A stretch of 60,246 nucleotides of DNA, counting the filler, from Sphacelaria rigidula (taxonomy: Eukaryota), in assembly GCA_964200075.2 (NCBI GenBank). It is 10 parts of 10 records of this genome, joined end to end, with 100 filler letters (N's around TTAATTAATTAA, not from the genome) between each part and the next. Parts side by side here need not be neighbours in the genome. Positions count along the whole stretch, not along the records: positions 1 to 5,935 come from CAXNAA020023358.1; positions 6,036 to 11,970 come from CAXNAA020023359.1; 8 more parts are not named here. The stretch is one strand, 5' to 3'. The notes under the pieces were generated by a model. The model worked only from the letters and a program-made list of their open reading frames with translations. It had not been told where the DNA came from and did not search any database. The position numbers and the translations under genes were made by a program. Shown piece after piece: positions 1-11,283 of the stretch (the first letter of the stretch is position 1; each line of letters opens with the position of its first letter).

Positions 1-1410
1 GGTTCAACATTTGAGTGAGGTTGAAGTCGCCATCGAAATTTCATTTGTTTCGTCCAGTAGGCTCGGGATACAACTGTGGGGGTATTTGGGGAACATCGCT
101 GGGAATGAAACATGTAGAATAGTATTCAGGGGTATCGTAGTACATTTCCCTGTTCAAAAGCGAAATTCCCTTGCTTGAACGCTTTGTACCCGTTACAATG
201 AACGACTGCTTTCCATGAGAACCATCCGTTATTTCAGGACTTCTCCTGGGCGCTAATCCTAACCCTGAGGTTGTCACAAATCCTATCTGAGGGGAACGGT
301 GCCAGCACTTTCCGTCGCTAGTTCATACCCTGTTTGGGACCGACAGGAGGGATACTCAAACTACAGCTGATGCGGGTTCTAAATTTCACGAAACGGCCCG
401 GATTTCGCAAGCGCTTTGCACTACAGTAGTATTGTTCCACAGTCTCTCCGCGAAACCGGTTCTCATAACAGCCACGGCGCAGGTGGCCATACGAGGCGTG
501 ATAGCTGGTTCAGACTGGATGAAGCGCCTCGCATGGGCACAACTGGCGAAACAACCCCAAGCGTAGGACTAACCCTTACCCCCGTTGTGAGTGCAGCTTT
601 ATTATGGGGCACCCATTTTATCCAACTGACGGCTGTACTGTAGTGATGCTGTACTCTGGTGATGGTATATCTCAGCAGACTGCTGAATGATTCTGCGTTC
701 CAAAGATCGCTGGCGTCTGTCGCCGCATTGGATCGTTTCGCTGACGGCGGTCGTCGCCGGCGCAACAGCATGGAGTCTCTCTCAGAAACTCAATAAGAGG
801 CGCTCGAAAACTCGATGACTAGTCCAAAGAAGCATGTTTTCAGCATGCTTTGTTGCGTGTTCTGTAGCGCTTAGACGCAGGTCCTGCTCAAAAGATGCAG
901 CACGATGACGGTGGTTCTTCTGTTGAACTGCTCACCATGCTTGGGCTGCCGTACAGAAACTTCTGGGTTAGGGTTACCTGGTCGAAACCGCTAGCGAATC
1001 CCGAGCCTATTGGGCGAAACAAATGAAATTTCGATGGTCCGTTGAACCCCACCCAAATGTTGAACCTCAAAAACGAATCCAGGCTGTTCGGTGCTCTCAT
1101 GGAGACACAACTATAACCGCCGTTGGTTGAGTCGCAAGGGCAACGCCATCGTCAAGGTGACGGAATGCACAGAAACAGACATTGGGTTCGTCCGAATGAC
1201 GATGGATATTATGAGACCACCAAAGCGGACCTTTTCATATACTTCATTTCATGTATAGAAAGGGTAAAGTTACCTGTGACACCCCCCCCAAAAAAAAAAT
1301 CAAAAACAATGGGCGAGAAAAACGGACAATCGTGTAAACTATATCTCTATAGAATGTTCATATGAACGTCATTTCTTCAACATGTGACCCAAAAGTGTGG
1401 ATTACTTCAC

Positions 1411-1511
1411 CTGTCAACGAAGGGCTCTCCAACGACAAGGCCTGCCTGTACGTGCGCCTTCATCATCGCTTGTGTTTCATCCCCGGTCAAAAACTCCAGC
1501 TCCTTGCTCAC
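1411..1511 (-). CDS. COQ8: COQ8/ABC1 kinase, downstream internal exon (not in the ORF track)
   Basis: VSKELEFLTGDETQAMMKAHVQAGLVVGEPFVD matches the COQ8 C-lobe pattern FLTGxE...AH......GEPF. TGCAG acceptor, GTGAAG donor, in frame with the previous exon. Confidence 0.88.
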
Positions 1512-1889
1512 CTGCATGCACGCAGCACACACCAACACAAGGCGGCCAACACGGAGCTCCATGCATAAAGACAGGAAAGCAAAATCTGAACGTCTCCCGC
1601 CGAATCCAGCATAATGCTAGGTCAACACACAAACGCGATGTTGCAGCTACAACTTTTGTGGCGTCGTTTATTCGTCATCTGGTAACAAGCCCCCATCGCC
1701 GCACCGGGACATCAAGGTCAGATTCAATGGCTCTCGTTGGTTCGACCACGACGATAGAGTCCCTTTCTGGCTCCCGCCGTCCGAACAGTAAGGTCGAGTT
1801 GGTGAAATATTTGGGTGTAAGTTGACGGGCTGCGGCAGTGCTGGTCAAATGCTCGACAAAAAGTGCAAGGTAGGCACTGGAGGAAAAGT

Positions 1890-2187
1890 GGTGTGGTCAT
1901 AATGATGCACGCCATAGTCATAAGACCATAGACCTCGCATCCCTGCAAAGCCGGGACGGAGCGCGCCGGGTTTTCGCCGGACCAGGCTCGCAATCAATCA
2001 CCAATCGCGAAGCGCCGCGATGTGGTCGGCGAGTCGCATGGAGGGTGAGCTGCATACTGCTGAGATTGTTCGGCCCGAGGCGTACTGATGTCTTGCAATG
2101 ACAGCCTCCGATGAGTTGCTTCATTTTCTGGTATCACCACTTGCAAAGACAGCCACGGCTTATACACTGCCTCATGGGCGTCTCACC
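1890..2187 (+). mobile_element. Dispersed repeat family A (MITE-like, imperfect TIRs), 5' part
   Basis: Aligns by eye with copies at 8791, 40943 and 54313 (CCTCGCATCCCT..AAAGCCGGGACGG...GAGCTGCAT...GGTATC.CCACTT). Lies in a COQ8 intron. Confidence 0.85.
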
Positions 2188-2189
2188 TC

Positions 2190-2265
2190 ACCGGAGGAGA
2201 TGGGTTGATCCCTGGAGACAAGAGACTCGTCCCAAGGAAGGCCAGAGGATTCGAAATCGAACAAA
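2190..2265 (+). mobile_element. Short retroposon family B copy
   Basis: CCGGAGGAGATGGGTTGATCCCTGGAGAC...GACTCGTCCCAAGGAAGG followed by A-rich sequence; similar to copies at 6100 and 58158. Confidence 0.7.
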
Positions 2266-3060
2266 ATACACGAGCAAATCAGGACTAAAAGTGGCGATGG
2301 CATGCAGATGAAATGCAGATGACACAGTGCACTCGGAACACAAAACACGAGAATGAGCTCATGTACCCAGAAGAGGGGCGCGTGGTCAACTCTCATCTGC
2401 GTAAATCATGCCGAAGGTGCGGACTTCATGTGCGGACTTCATGTGCTGGCTACTGAGCACACGGTTGCCTGGCCATCCACTCATCTCAATCGTGACTCCA
2501 TCGAACATACTTGCAGAGCAAATGTCACAGCGTGTAGCAGTAATACAGGCCGATCTCTATTCAGCAGCTTGTTGCACATCGATAGTTGAGAACATGTAGC
2601 GACATGAACGTGTTTGAGGAACGGTGCGCACCTTGCTGTACTCGGTACGCTGATCCAGGCTATACCTTATTAACGGAATTTTACACCGCAATGACCAACG
2701 GGACTGAACAAGGGGATCATTTCCAAGTCAGAATCGAAAACCGAGTTGATTGGATGATCCGTTCATTGCTTCACACCGACTGTTCTGCTGCGGAAGCAGC
2801 TGAGGTCACATGACAGACGTACTCACGATCAAGAACGGAAACACATGCTGAAGGATATGCTGAAGGAAACTCGATAAATGGGATCGATGAACAGCATACT
2901 GGGAGCCGATATCTTCCTCTTGACAGGAGGGACAGCTACCATAGAGTCATAGAGGTATGCACTTCCGCCGTTTTTCCAAAATGCGTGGCCTACCCTATAT
3001 TGATCTCGCCTCGGCGACAAAACATGAAAAAACACCCACGATCATGCCATGTTGGCTCAC

Positions 3061-3176
3061 CTTCAGTATCGTGTCATCGTCGCGGTTAGCCGCAGCCCAC
3101 ACGAGTTGGAGGTAACCATCCACAAAGCTCTTACGGTACTCCCGACACGCTCCAAAGTCGATCAAGCTCAGCTTCC
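3061..3176 (-). CDS. COQ8: COQ8/ABC1 kinase, internal exon with DFG motif
   Basis: (G)KLSLIDFGACREYRKSFVDGYLQLVWAAANRDDDTILK; CAG acceptor, GTGAGC donor; splice phases match both neighbouring exons. Confidence 0.92.
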
Positions 3177-3681
3177 CTGACACGGCGAGTCCGAAACATG
3201 TTCATGACTGAGATCGACGTTATCCTATATTATGATAAAATGCATGTGTGCATTTCATATGCTACGGTGCTGCATACGTTTGCAATGATGCAAAATTTCA
3301 TCAGAGTGATGTAATACGCACGACAAGTTCCTTCTGTCGGCGCAGGAGATTGACCGACATATCCGGCAGCAAAATTGTTGCCACGTGTTCGGCACGCTCA
3401 AAAACCCAGGGTACTCCTCGGTAATGTACCGCCAACAGACGGTAATTTTTAATTTCCTTCGCNNNNNNNNNNAAATGACAGAAAAGTTTCTAAAAACCAT
3501 AGTAAAAAAAAGTGCACTGAGACGGAATCGAATCCACCACTTTGGCCGATTTTTGCACACCGTGAAACGGCGAGCTTGCTCTGATTCCTTATCTCCAAAC
3601 ATAAGGATCGCGAGGATTGCTTCTGGTCTAGTTCCGGGGATTACAGTACGGACGAATTATTCGGGTAAAAAATGGTAGTTC

Positions 3682-3813
3682 GAGATTAGTCGTAGCACGT
3701 GAGCGAGGCTACAACTACATGTAGCAACGGAATATGACGACTCCTCAGACTAGTGAAGCAATAGTATCACGACTCCTGGTTGAATATAGAGCCTCACACG
3801 ACATACGACTACT
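3682..3813. repeat. Small imperfect inverted repeat (possible MITE)
   Basis: AGTCGTAGCACGTGAGCGAGGCT is roughly the reverse complement of AGCCTCACACGACATACGACT about 100 nt downstream. Confidence 0.4.
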
Positions 3814-4918
3814 CGTATCAGCACGGGGGACAAGACGACTTGCCCGGGGAAAAAAAAACGTTTTCGCACAAATACGCTAACGCCGAGTCATAGCGTTTAG
3901 GTCCTCCAGTTTTAAATGTACCACCACTAAGCCGTTTGAAATCTTCGAGGAACTGTTTGTTCAACACAGCTAGAAACCTGCTGCATCGCGGCCAATTTCG
4001 CGAGACTTTCGGCAACAAATGGGTCGATGAAGAGGGGGAGCAAAGAAATACGCTGCCGCGAAAAAAGCGAACGTTGACCTCAAGGTGTGCTCAGTGACGA
4101 ATGATCCGTTTTCTCGACAGCAGCTTGCAGCGGGCAAAGTACCCATCGTGTTCAGCGTTGAGCATCCACAATTGCGCCAACGACAGGGAATATGGCGTTA
4201 GTCTCATAATCATGAGACGGCTAATACAGAGCTCCGCTGCGACATAAAAGACTACCCCCTTGCGGTATCCGACGACGTCCAACCGTGCATTCACCACACG
4301 GGGTATAACCCAAGCACAGCAGATGAAAAACCACTCTTTACACTCCCAGTACATTCGACGGGGTGTTCTGTCGAGAGGATCAGAGGATTGGATCACGAGG
4401 TCGTCTGTTCGTCAGATAGCACCCTGAACCCACGTCCTCAAGTTTGTTCAAGTACAAGTTGGAATGCAACGATGCACTCGGTCGTGATTCAAAAATAGGG
4501 GACTCGCGGATTAACCAGCGCTCCATAGATTTAGCCGAGTTGGTCGTGCAATAATCGGAAATGTAGCTCGATGCTTAGCCGGTGCTACTCAACTACCGTC
4601 GGGACTTGACATTCTTTTTCGAGAAAAAAATGGCAGGCGGGGGGGTGGAGACTGGTGCTAGCATATTGATTGATTGATTGATGGTCGAACATTAGCTAAC
4701 CCTCGAGGGTTTTAGCCGCGATCACGAGTACACAAGTACGTGCAAGACGCGAGCTAAATAAACATGAACAATGAGGCAAACTCATTTTTGAGAGACTACT
4801 GTCTCGACAAGCAAACCAACTCTACCCAAGAAAATACCCAAAGGGTCAAAGTACGAATTTCTCCCGAGGTCAACGTACCATTACCGACGCGCATATTCTG
4901 TAGAGCCACCCAGCACAC

Positions 4919-5036
4919 CTGTGTTGCGGTCGAACAGGAAGTTTCCCCAGTTGGGATCGGTCTGCATGAACCGCCACTCGAACAGCTCCTTGATGGTACA
5001 TCGAAGCATCAGCCTCGCCACGTGATTGCGCACCTC
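4919..5036 (-). CDS. COQ8: COQ8/ABC1 (ADCK3/4-like) atypical kinase, internal exon with catalytic loop
   Basis: Translates EVRNHVARLMLRCTIKELFEWRFMQTDPNWGNFLFDRNT(G); FMQTDPNWGNF is the COQ8 signature. CAG acceptor and GT donor; phase 1 joins the exon at 3176 in frame. Confidence 0.92.
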
Positions 5037-5935
5037 CTGCAGCCATTGGTTGTGAACGGGCACTTTTATCCCACACCTTTCTCTACAAGTAATACAAATG
5101 ATAGCCCCGTCTTTTCATGAACCCAACGTTGCACGCAACGCATGGATCGATTGCAAGGAATCTCGGGTACCTTAAACGTATCCTCGACAGTACGGCGCGA
5201 AGAACCCGATAAATCCGTCTGCACCACACCACTGCGGCCAAAATATGCGGCGCATCACGTACGTCCAACTTTCTGACGACTGATACACATGTATACCGCA
5301 ACTTTCGCCGCACTGCAGGCAAACCGTAGGTAAAACAAAGGTAAAACAACGGAAGCACGCTGGTTATCTGCTAGTGATAATCTGCCCATCATACTTCCGG
5401 ATATACATCCGATATGAACCAGACGGAAAAATAAACGTCAGGAAGAGGATGACAGACTTTGGCGGAACCCAGAAACATCAAATTATCACCTGTGGCATTG
5501 GCAGCACTTGATCCACCGGCACACCAGACGCCAGGTGTGTTGTTAGCACCTGCATGTGGCACGAGCGAAACGAAGCAGAAACGAAACGATTGCGCGACAT
5601 GTGTAAGCGGCATGGTGGTGCAAACATGGGAATATCCGAGGAAGGCTACGATATCTTGCGAGAGAGGCAAGAGAGGCAAGTGAACGTGCCGGAAGAAGTC
5701 AAGCAGAGCGCTATCGACGTTACCGGTGTAACGAAACCCTGCCTATCGGTCATCGTTATCCACGACACAGCTAGTGGTACAAGCAATCAACCACCAGATG
5801 TTGAGACAGAGTCAAAGGGATTTCCTACACGACGCGAAAGGCGAAATACTATCAATTATTATCAATATTATTAATGACCAAAATGATCCCCCGCTCCAAT
5901 ACTGGAATCAAGTAACCGTGTGATCCTTCTCGGAA

Positions 5936-6035
5936 NNNNNNNNNNNNNNNNNNNNNNNNNNNNNNNNNNNNNNNNNNNNTTAATTAATTAANNNNNNNNN
6001 NNNNNNNNNNNNNNNNNNNNNNNNNNNNNNNNNNN
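5936..6035. other. Artificial linker N44-TTAATTAATTAA-N44 (also at 11971, 18006, 24041, 30076, 36111, 42145, 48179, 54213)
   Basis: Identical 100-nt spacer with six-frame stops recurring every 6034-6035 nt, so the window is ten concatenated fragments. Confidence 0.99.
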
Positions 6036-6099
6036 GACGCGGTGCGGGAGTGCTAATAGTCATAACCCAATCCGCGAGACCAAAATGTAAGGCGCGTAC

Positions 6100-6190
6100 C
6101 GGGGGAGAGATGGGTTGATCCCTCGAGAGCACAGACTTATCCCGAGGAAGGGGAGGGGTTCAAAGTGCGAAGACAAAAAAAAAAGACAAC
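6100..6190 (+). mobile_element. Short retroposon family B copy with poly(A)-like tail
   Basis: CGGGGGAGAGATGGGTTGATCCCTCGAGAGCACAGACTTATCCCGAGGAAGGGGAGGGGTTCAAAGTGCGA followed by an A run. Confidence 0.85.
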
Positions 6191-7899
6191 TTTTCAAAAA
6201 CAATGAAAAATAGTAGAATATATGCGAATATCTGCTGTGGCATACCTTCCTACTTGTGAGAAGGCTGTCCTACTTTTGTGTCCTCTGACGAAAGCTCGTG
6301 ATATATCAGGATATAGTATCCGTTCCGTCAGTGGTCTCCGACATGTTTCATGAAAAAATGCGGCTACAGCTCAAAGTCACTTCCTTATCGCTGGGGCTGG
6401 ATGATGGTCCACACTAGACTTCCGTGAATATGATTTCACCAGCTATAGAAAGAGAAGGGCTTTGATTTTTTTCTGCATTACTTGACCCGCTAGTGTTATG
6501 ATTTGAACCAAGTGCCTCGCGAAGAGATTGGAGCTTCGCACCGCACATGGAAAAAATACCTCAGTTTAGATTCTTTGAAGCCGACCCAACTTCGTGACAT
6601 CGACAAAACCGATGCAAGGTAGGTGTTTTCGTTGGTCGGCAACATCGACAGATGCTTCCGTTTTCACCCAAGAGTTCGTTCTTTCATGTCGCCTGCACAT
6701 GGACTGGATTCTTTCATTTTCCCTAGATTTTGTCGGGTTCAAAATATAAAAGCGGCGCGCTGATCTTTGTGCATGATGCAGGATTCCAATTCCTTCTCGT
6801 GGTGCTGTGCATTATTCACCCACCTTACGAGGCAAGAGCGGGTAAACCTTCGACACACATATCTTTTTTCGCCATTGGATGACCCGTTATCGCTTATACC
6901 TTTAATGTTGGCGGTGTCACAATCTCGGCAGTGTGCACCAAATATGACCCGTTCACTCCCACCGTGTTTATCGGACCCAGGGGTACATGTTCCTTTAGCG
7001 CAGGGGAAAACACGCGTCTGTCCCAGTAGTAGAAGTAACGATGTCTGGTCATGAAAACAGAACGCCGTGAGTGAAGTGTAAATCCGGTATAGACCTATAA
7101 TATATAATGTAGTTGTTGTTGTTTCTCACATTAGCCATTTTTCCATAAATCTAGCACCCGCGGTCACAAATCTATGGTGCAAAAAGACAGGATGCAAGGG
7201 AAAATAAATATTACGCCCACGAATGGGGAAACACGGCGAACCAAAGGACGGGGTTCTATACGCACGTCAGCGAAAAAACAATATACGCAAAGGTATACCT
7301 ACGGCTTGAAAGAAGAAAGTGGAGATAAGATTGAAGCCCGTTGGCTGCATGGTACGTGGGCCATAGCGGGGTCAAAAAGGCCAAGGTATGGAAGCTATAT
7401 AAGTCGGCATACCATACAAATCAGGACAGGGCAAGGCAAGGTAAGACGACGCGAGGCAAAGGCAAAACTCGGTAACACGACGCAACGAGGGCCAAAGGAT
7501 GGAATAAAGGATGATGTAACCAAATAATCGAGCTGACAAAAAGAGAAAGGTAAAGCACAGAACAGGGCTGGAACAGGGTAAGACGGCGCCATGTAAAAAA
7601 CCGAACAAAGCAATACGTACCTCACCGAGAATAAAACAAAAGACAAGCGACAAGGTGAAAGGGGGAGAAAAAGGGAAAGTAGGACGGTGTCGTCAGCCTG
7701 TCACGAATCTCGCCATGGGTCTACAGCAGTCTGCGACCAAATACAAAACACCGTTGGTAAGATACATGTATTCTAGACCCTGCCGAACTACTATGGCGGT
7801 AGATCACGCGATACATCGTCTTGTTGAACAAGCTCGCGTGCACCCCTACTTTCCTAGCAGCGTGCACCGTCGGCGACTGCAGTAATTTTGATGGCTTGC

Positions 7900-7986
7900 T
7901 TTTTGTTGTTGTTATCTCTCTTCTAATCCCTCCCCTTCCTCAGGACGGGTCCGTGGTCTCAAGGGATCGACCCACCTCTCACCCGG
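7900..7986 (-). mobile_element. Short retroposon family B copy
   Basis: Reverse complement of the family B core with an (AAC)n/A-rich tail. Confidence 0.8.
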
Positions 7987-8790
7987 TACACGCCTCACAT
8001 TTTTGATATCGCGGATTGGATCATGACCATCAACACTCCCGCACCGCGCCATCTCTCGTGCAAAACTTACCCCAACAATTATATTTTGGTGATGACGTAC
8101 TCGCGTTTTCAACGACAAAAAACAGCCACTTATGGGGGAAAAAGGCCAAACTAGACCCATATGGCGGGAATTGTCACCTTGTGCTTCCCCCCCCCCCAAC
8201 CTAATGGTATCATTTGTACCGTTAGACCCGCCGCGCAGATTGTCGCACATTAACTGATCCGAGAAAAGTCCAGTCTTGCACTCAAGATATGAGTCCTTCT
8301 ACAGTACGATGGCACTCCCCGCCCCCGAAACAAAACAGATCAATACTGTCACGAAGACAATGGCCATACAGCGCCCGATGTTTGGTTACAAGCTGCATGA
8401 AGCGCCTCATATGAGCGACATGGAGCAAAACGAACCCAAGCCTGGGAATTCCCAGCTGCTCGTTGTGCTCGCCTTCTTTTCATTTCGGGATTAACGTGTA
8501 GATTTTGCCCGCCCAAACCAGCCACTTTTTTTTGGGGGGGGGAGGGGGCTATCGTAGAAAGTGTCGTAAATACAGAGGAGTTTCAAAGGTCTGTGCAGTT
8601 TTTCCTTCGTATTAGCCCTTTTTCTCACTTGGGACATGTCAACAAAGATCTCGAGGGCAGTAGACAGCAAATACATGTCGATTCAAAGCATTTTTGGACA
8701 TAAAAAGCAAGTTCTGGGCATCGCATGTAAAGCCTCACATACCACGGCCGACAACCTTACTTCATCTGCACAAACCTGGAACGGGGGCCG

Positions 8791-9358
8791 GGGGTGTGTA
8801 CTCATGATCATACATGCCATAGTCATCATTCCATTGACCTCGCATCCCTACAAAGCCGGAACGAAGCACGCCGGGTTCTCGCTGGATCAGACTCGCACTC
8901 AATCACTAAGCGCGAAGCGCCGTGGTGTGTCCGGCGAGTCACATGAAGGGTGAGCTGCATCCTGCTGACATTGTTCGGCCCAAAGCGTACTGATTATCTT
9001 GCATTTGGATGATAGCCTGCAATGAATTGCCTGGTGTTTCCGTATCGCCACTTCCAGACAGTCACGGCATATACATTGCCTCATGGGTACCTCACCATGT
9101 ACACACCACATAGTACGATCAACTTCCATCGTGTGGAGGTAAGGTTCTCCCACGCCGCACAACCTGATCTAGCTCGACTACCATTATGGTTACCACAAAA
9201 TAATGCAAGCGCGAAAAACAAATCGGTAATCTGGCTGCCTAGCTTACGCAGTGAGTGGCGTGTTTTATAGCGTCATCGCCAACCGCCGCCACCCCCATCG
9301 GGGGTCCGCCCCTACAAGGCCGGGACGGAGCACGCCGGGTTCTCGCCAGACCAGGCTT
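8791..9358 (+). mobile_element. Dispersed repeat family A, long copy with internal ~55-nt direct repeat
   Basis: Starts GGGGTGTGTACTCATGATCAT and is colinear with 40943-41520 and 54313-54690. CCCTACAA.GCCGG.ACG.AGCACGCCGGGTTCTCGC occurs at ~8846 and again at ~9309. Confidence 0.9.
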
Positions 9359-9493
9359 ATGCAGGGGGGGGGGGTATCTGCGTATCCCCTCGTACTACTA
9401 CATAGAAAACGAAGACTATTGCTGATGTCAATAAAAATTTATCGATTCCCCCATTTCCATTTGGGAATGATTCTGCTGCTGTACCTCTCCTAG

Positions 9494-9683
9494 GAACGTG
9501 CGGAGTGGACGGCGGCAGCCATTTCCGTTCAGAGAGTTGCGCGAGGACTCCTGTGCCGACTCATGTGGGCCAGGGGAGAGCAGAGGAAGGCATGGGCTAG
9601 AAAAACTTTGCGGATACAACTATCCGCGGCGTGGGCGAGACGTCTACACAGAGACAGATGCAGGCAGAGACGAAAAGAGGAGG
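9494..9683 (+). CDS. Probable internal exon encoding an IQ (calmodulin-binding) motif
   Basis: Pyrimidine tract plus TAG acceptor; open frame ERAEWTAAAISVQRVARGLLCRLMW...RQRRKEE containing VQxxxRGxxxR; GTGGGT donor. No partner exon identified. Confidence 0.5.
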
Positions 9684-10580
9684 GTGGGTCGTGCATCCTT
9701 CATGCTAGGGAGTGATAAAAAGGACGCATTGCGGTAACGAACGTGTTCAAGTACGACTTTATCTGGACATTTAAGGTTATTTTGCTGGGCATGAGTTGCG
9801 CCGTTCGAGGAATCTGCAGACCTATGCCGGTTGATACACCTCTCGCGAAGAAGACGGCGTTGCATCATGATAGTCATGACAATCGCAGATGGAAACCATC
9901 GGTGTTCCTGTGCTGCAGTCCACACACCAGCGTGGTCATGCTTGTTATCTGTAATGATGACTTAGTTGAGTTATTTGATTGAGTTGATTGTCGCGCATGG
10001 CAGACGTACCCGAATAAAAAAGACAAGTCGGAAAAACGCGGTGAGGGACACTGAAGAAAAACATAAAAGTGGAACAGACACGAACAGTAGACTGAAAAAA
10101 TAAAGAAGACAAAAAAAAAAAAACTGGAGCAAAAAACTATAAATGACCGGCCTTTGCACATGGGTTCCGGTGGAAAAGGTCCTGCGCGCAACAGCACGCG
10201 CATTCGTACCCGATCGAGAGAAAAACAAAAGTCGTGGGGACAGATCGCGGTTCATCTATTTCGGCTACACATTTTTGGGTATGAGCTCTCATGTATTAAC
10301 GCTATGGAAGCGAGGTACGACACTGCTACTTGCATACACCGGGAAGAAAGGACACACACATAGATGGAGGGGGAGATTTGAGAAAATAAAGAAAGAACAG
10401 AGAAGGATACGACAGGAGTGATGGAGCCCAACGACGCTAGACAGTAGAGCAAGTACAAACACACAAAGCAGGAACACCGCAAGACCACTAGCCAAGGACG
10501 AAAACGAGAACAATAACAGCAGTGCAACAGCGATATTCTGGATACAACGCCATATCATGGACGGACTCCCCCCCCCCCCT

Positions 10581-10630
10581 CCCGTCTTCAATGGTCAAAC
10601 GACTAAGGCAAGCAACAAATGAGTACGCCC
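10581..10630 (+). mobile_element. Family A right terminus fragment
   Basis: CAATGGTCAAACGACTAAGGCAAGCAACAAATGAGTACGCCC; shared with 54967-55031 and 60071-60135. Confidence 0.75.
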
Positions 10631-10666
10631 CCCCCCCCTCCCGTCTTCCTCTCTTCTAGCGTTGGC

Positions 10667-10813
10667 GTCGAGGTCAATGATCTTATGACTACGGCATGCA
10701 CCGGGGAGAGATCGACTGATCCCTCGAGGCCACGGACTTGCCCCGAGGAAGGGAGGGTTTAAAGCGCGAGAAATAAAAAAAAATAATGATAATGCACGAT
10801 CATGAGTACACCC
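10667..10813 (-). mobile_element. Family A left terminus interrupted by a family B insertion
   Basis: CGAGGTCAATGATCTTATGACTACGGCATGCAC|insert|ATGCACGATCATGAGTACACCC matches uninterrupted 30194-30241 once the insert is removed. Confidence 0.85.
10702..10791 (+). mobile_element. Family B short retroposon with 6-bp TSD (ATGCAC)
   Basis: ATGCAC at 10696-10701 and 10792-10797 flanks the core plus the tail AAATAAAAAAAAATAATGATA. Confidence 0.88.
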
Positions 10814-11232
10814 ACCCGGTTCCACCCTCGCTCTGGACGCCATTTTCGGAACGGTAGAAGTATCGCACATGAATATCTAGATCAGCCGTATCGTTATGTC
10901 GTTATCTTTTTTTCTGTAGGGTTGGCGGCTGAGAGCCCCTCCCCAATCGTGCGGCCCCAAGGTGGCTAAGTTGTCACCTGCTTCCACGATGTTGCTTCCT
11001 GTATGGCCTCGCATCGATACTACTAGTTTTAACCCTTGATTTGGTGTCTGTGTCGCTCGCCGTGTTCTGTTTGTTTTCGTTCTTTATTGTTTTTCATTCT
11101 TGTCTCCTCTTTCGAAGTTTCATCAGCGAGTGTTTCGCCGTGTTTATCGTGGGCATACCTGTCTTGTGATCAAGATTGGTGTTCTAGCGAGTCAGTTGAT
11201 AGTTAACACACGGCAGCAACCACCAATCATTG

Positions 11233-11283
11233 GATCAATCAATCAGTCAATCAATCAATCAGTCAATCAATCAATCAATCAAT
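11233..11283 (+). repeat. (ATCA)n microsatellite
   Basis: About 12 near-perfect ATCA units. Confidence 0.95.
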
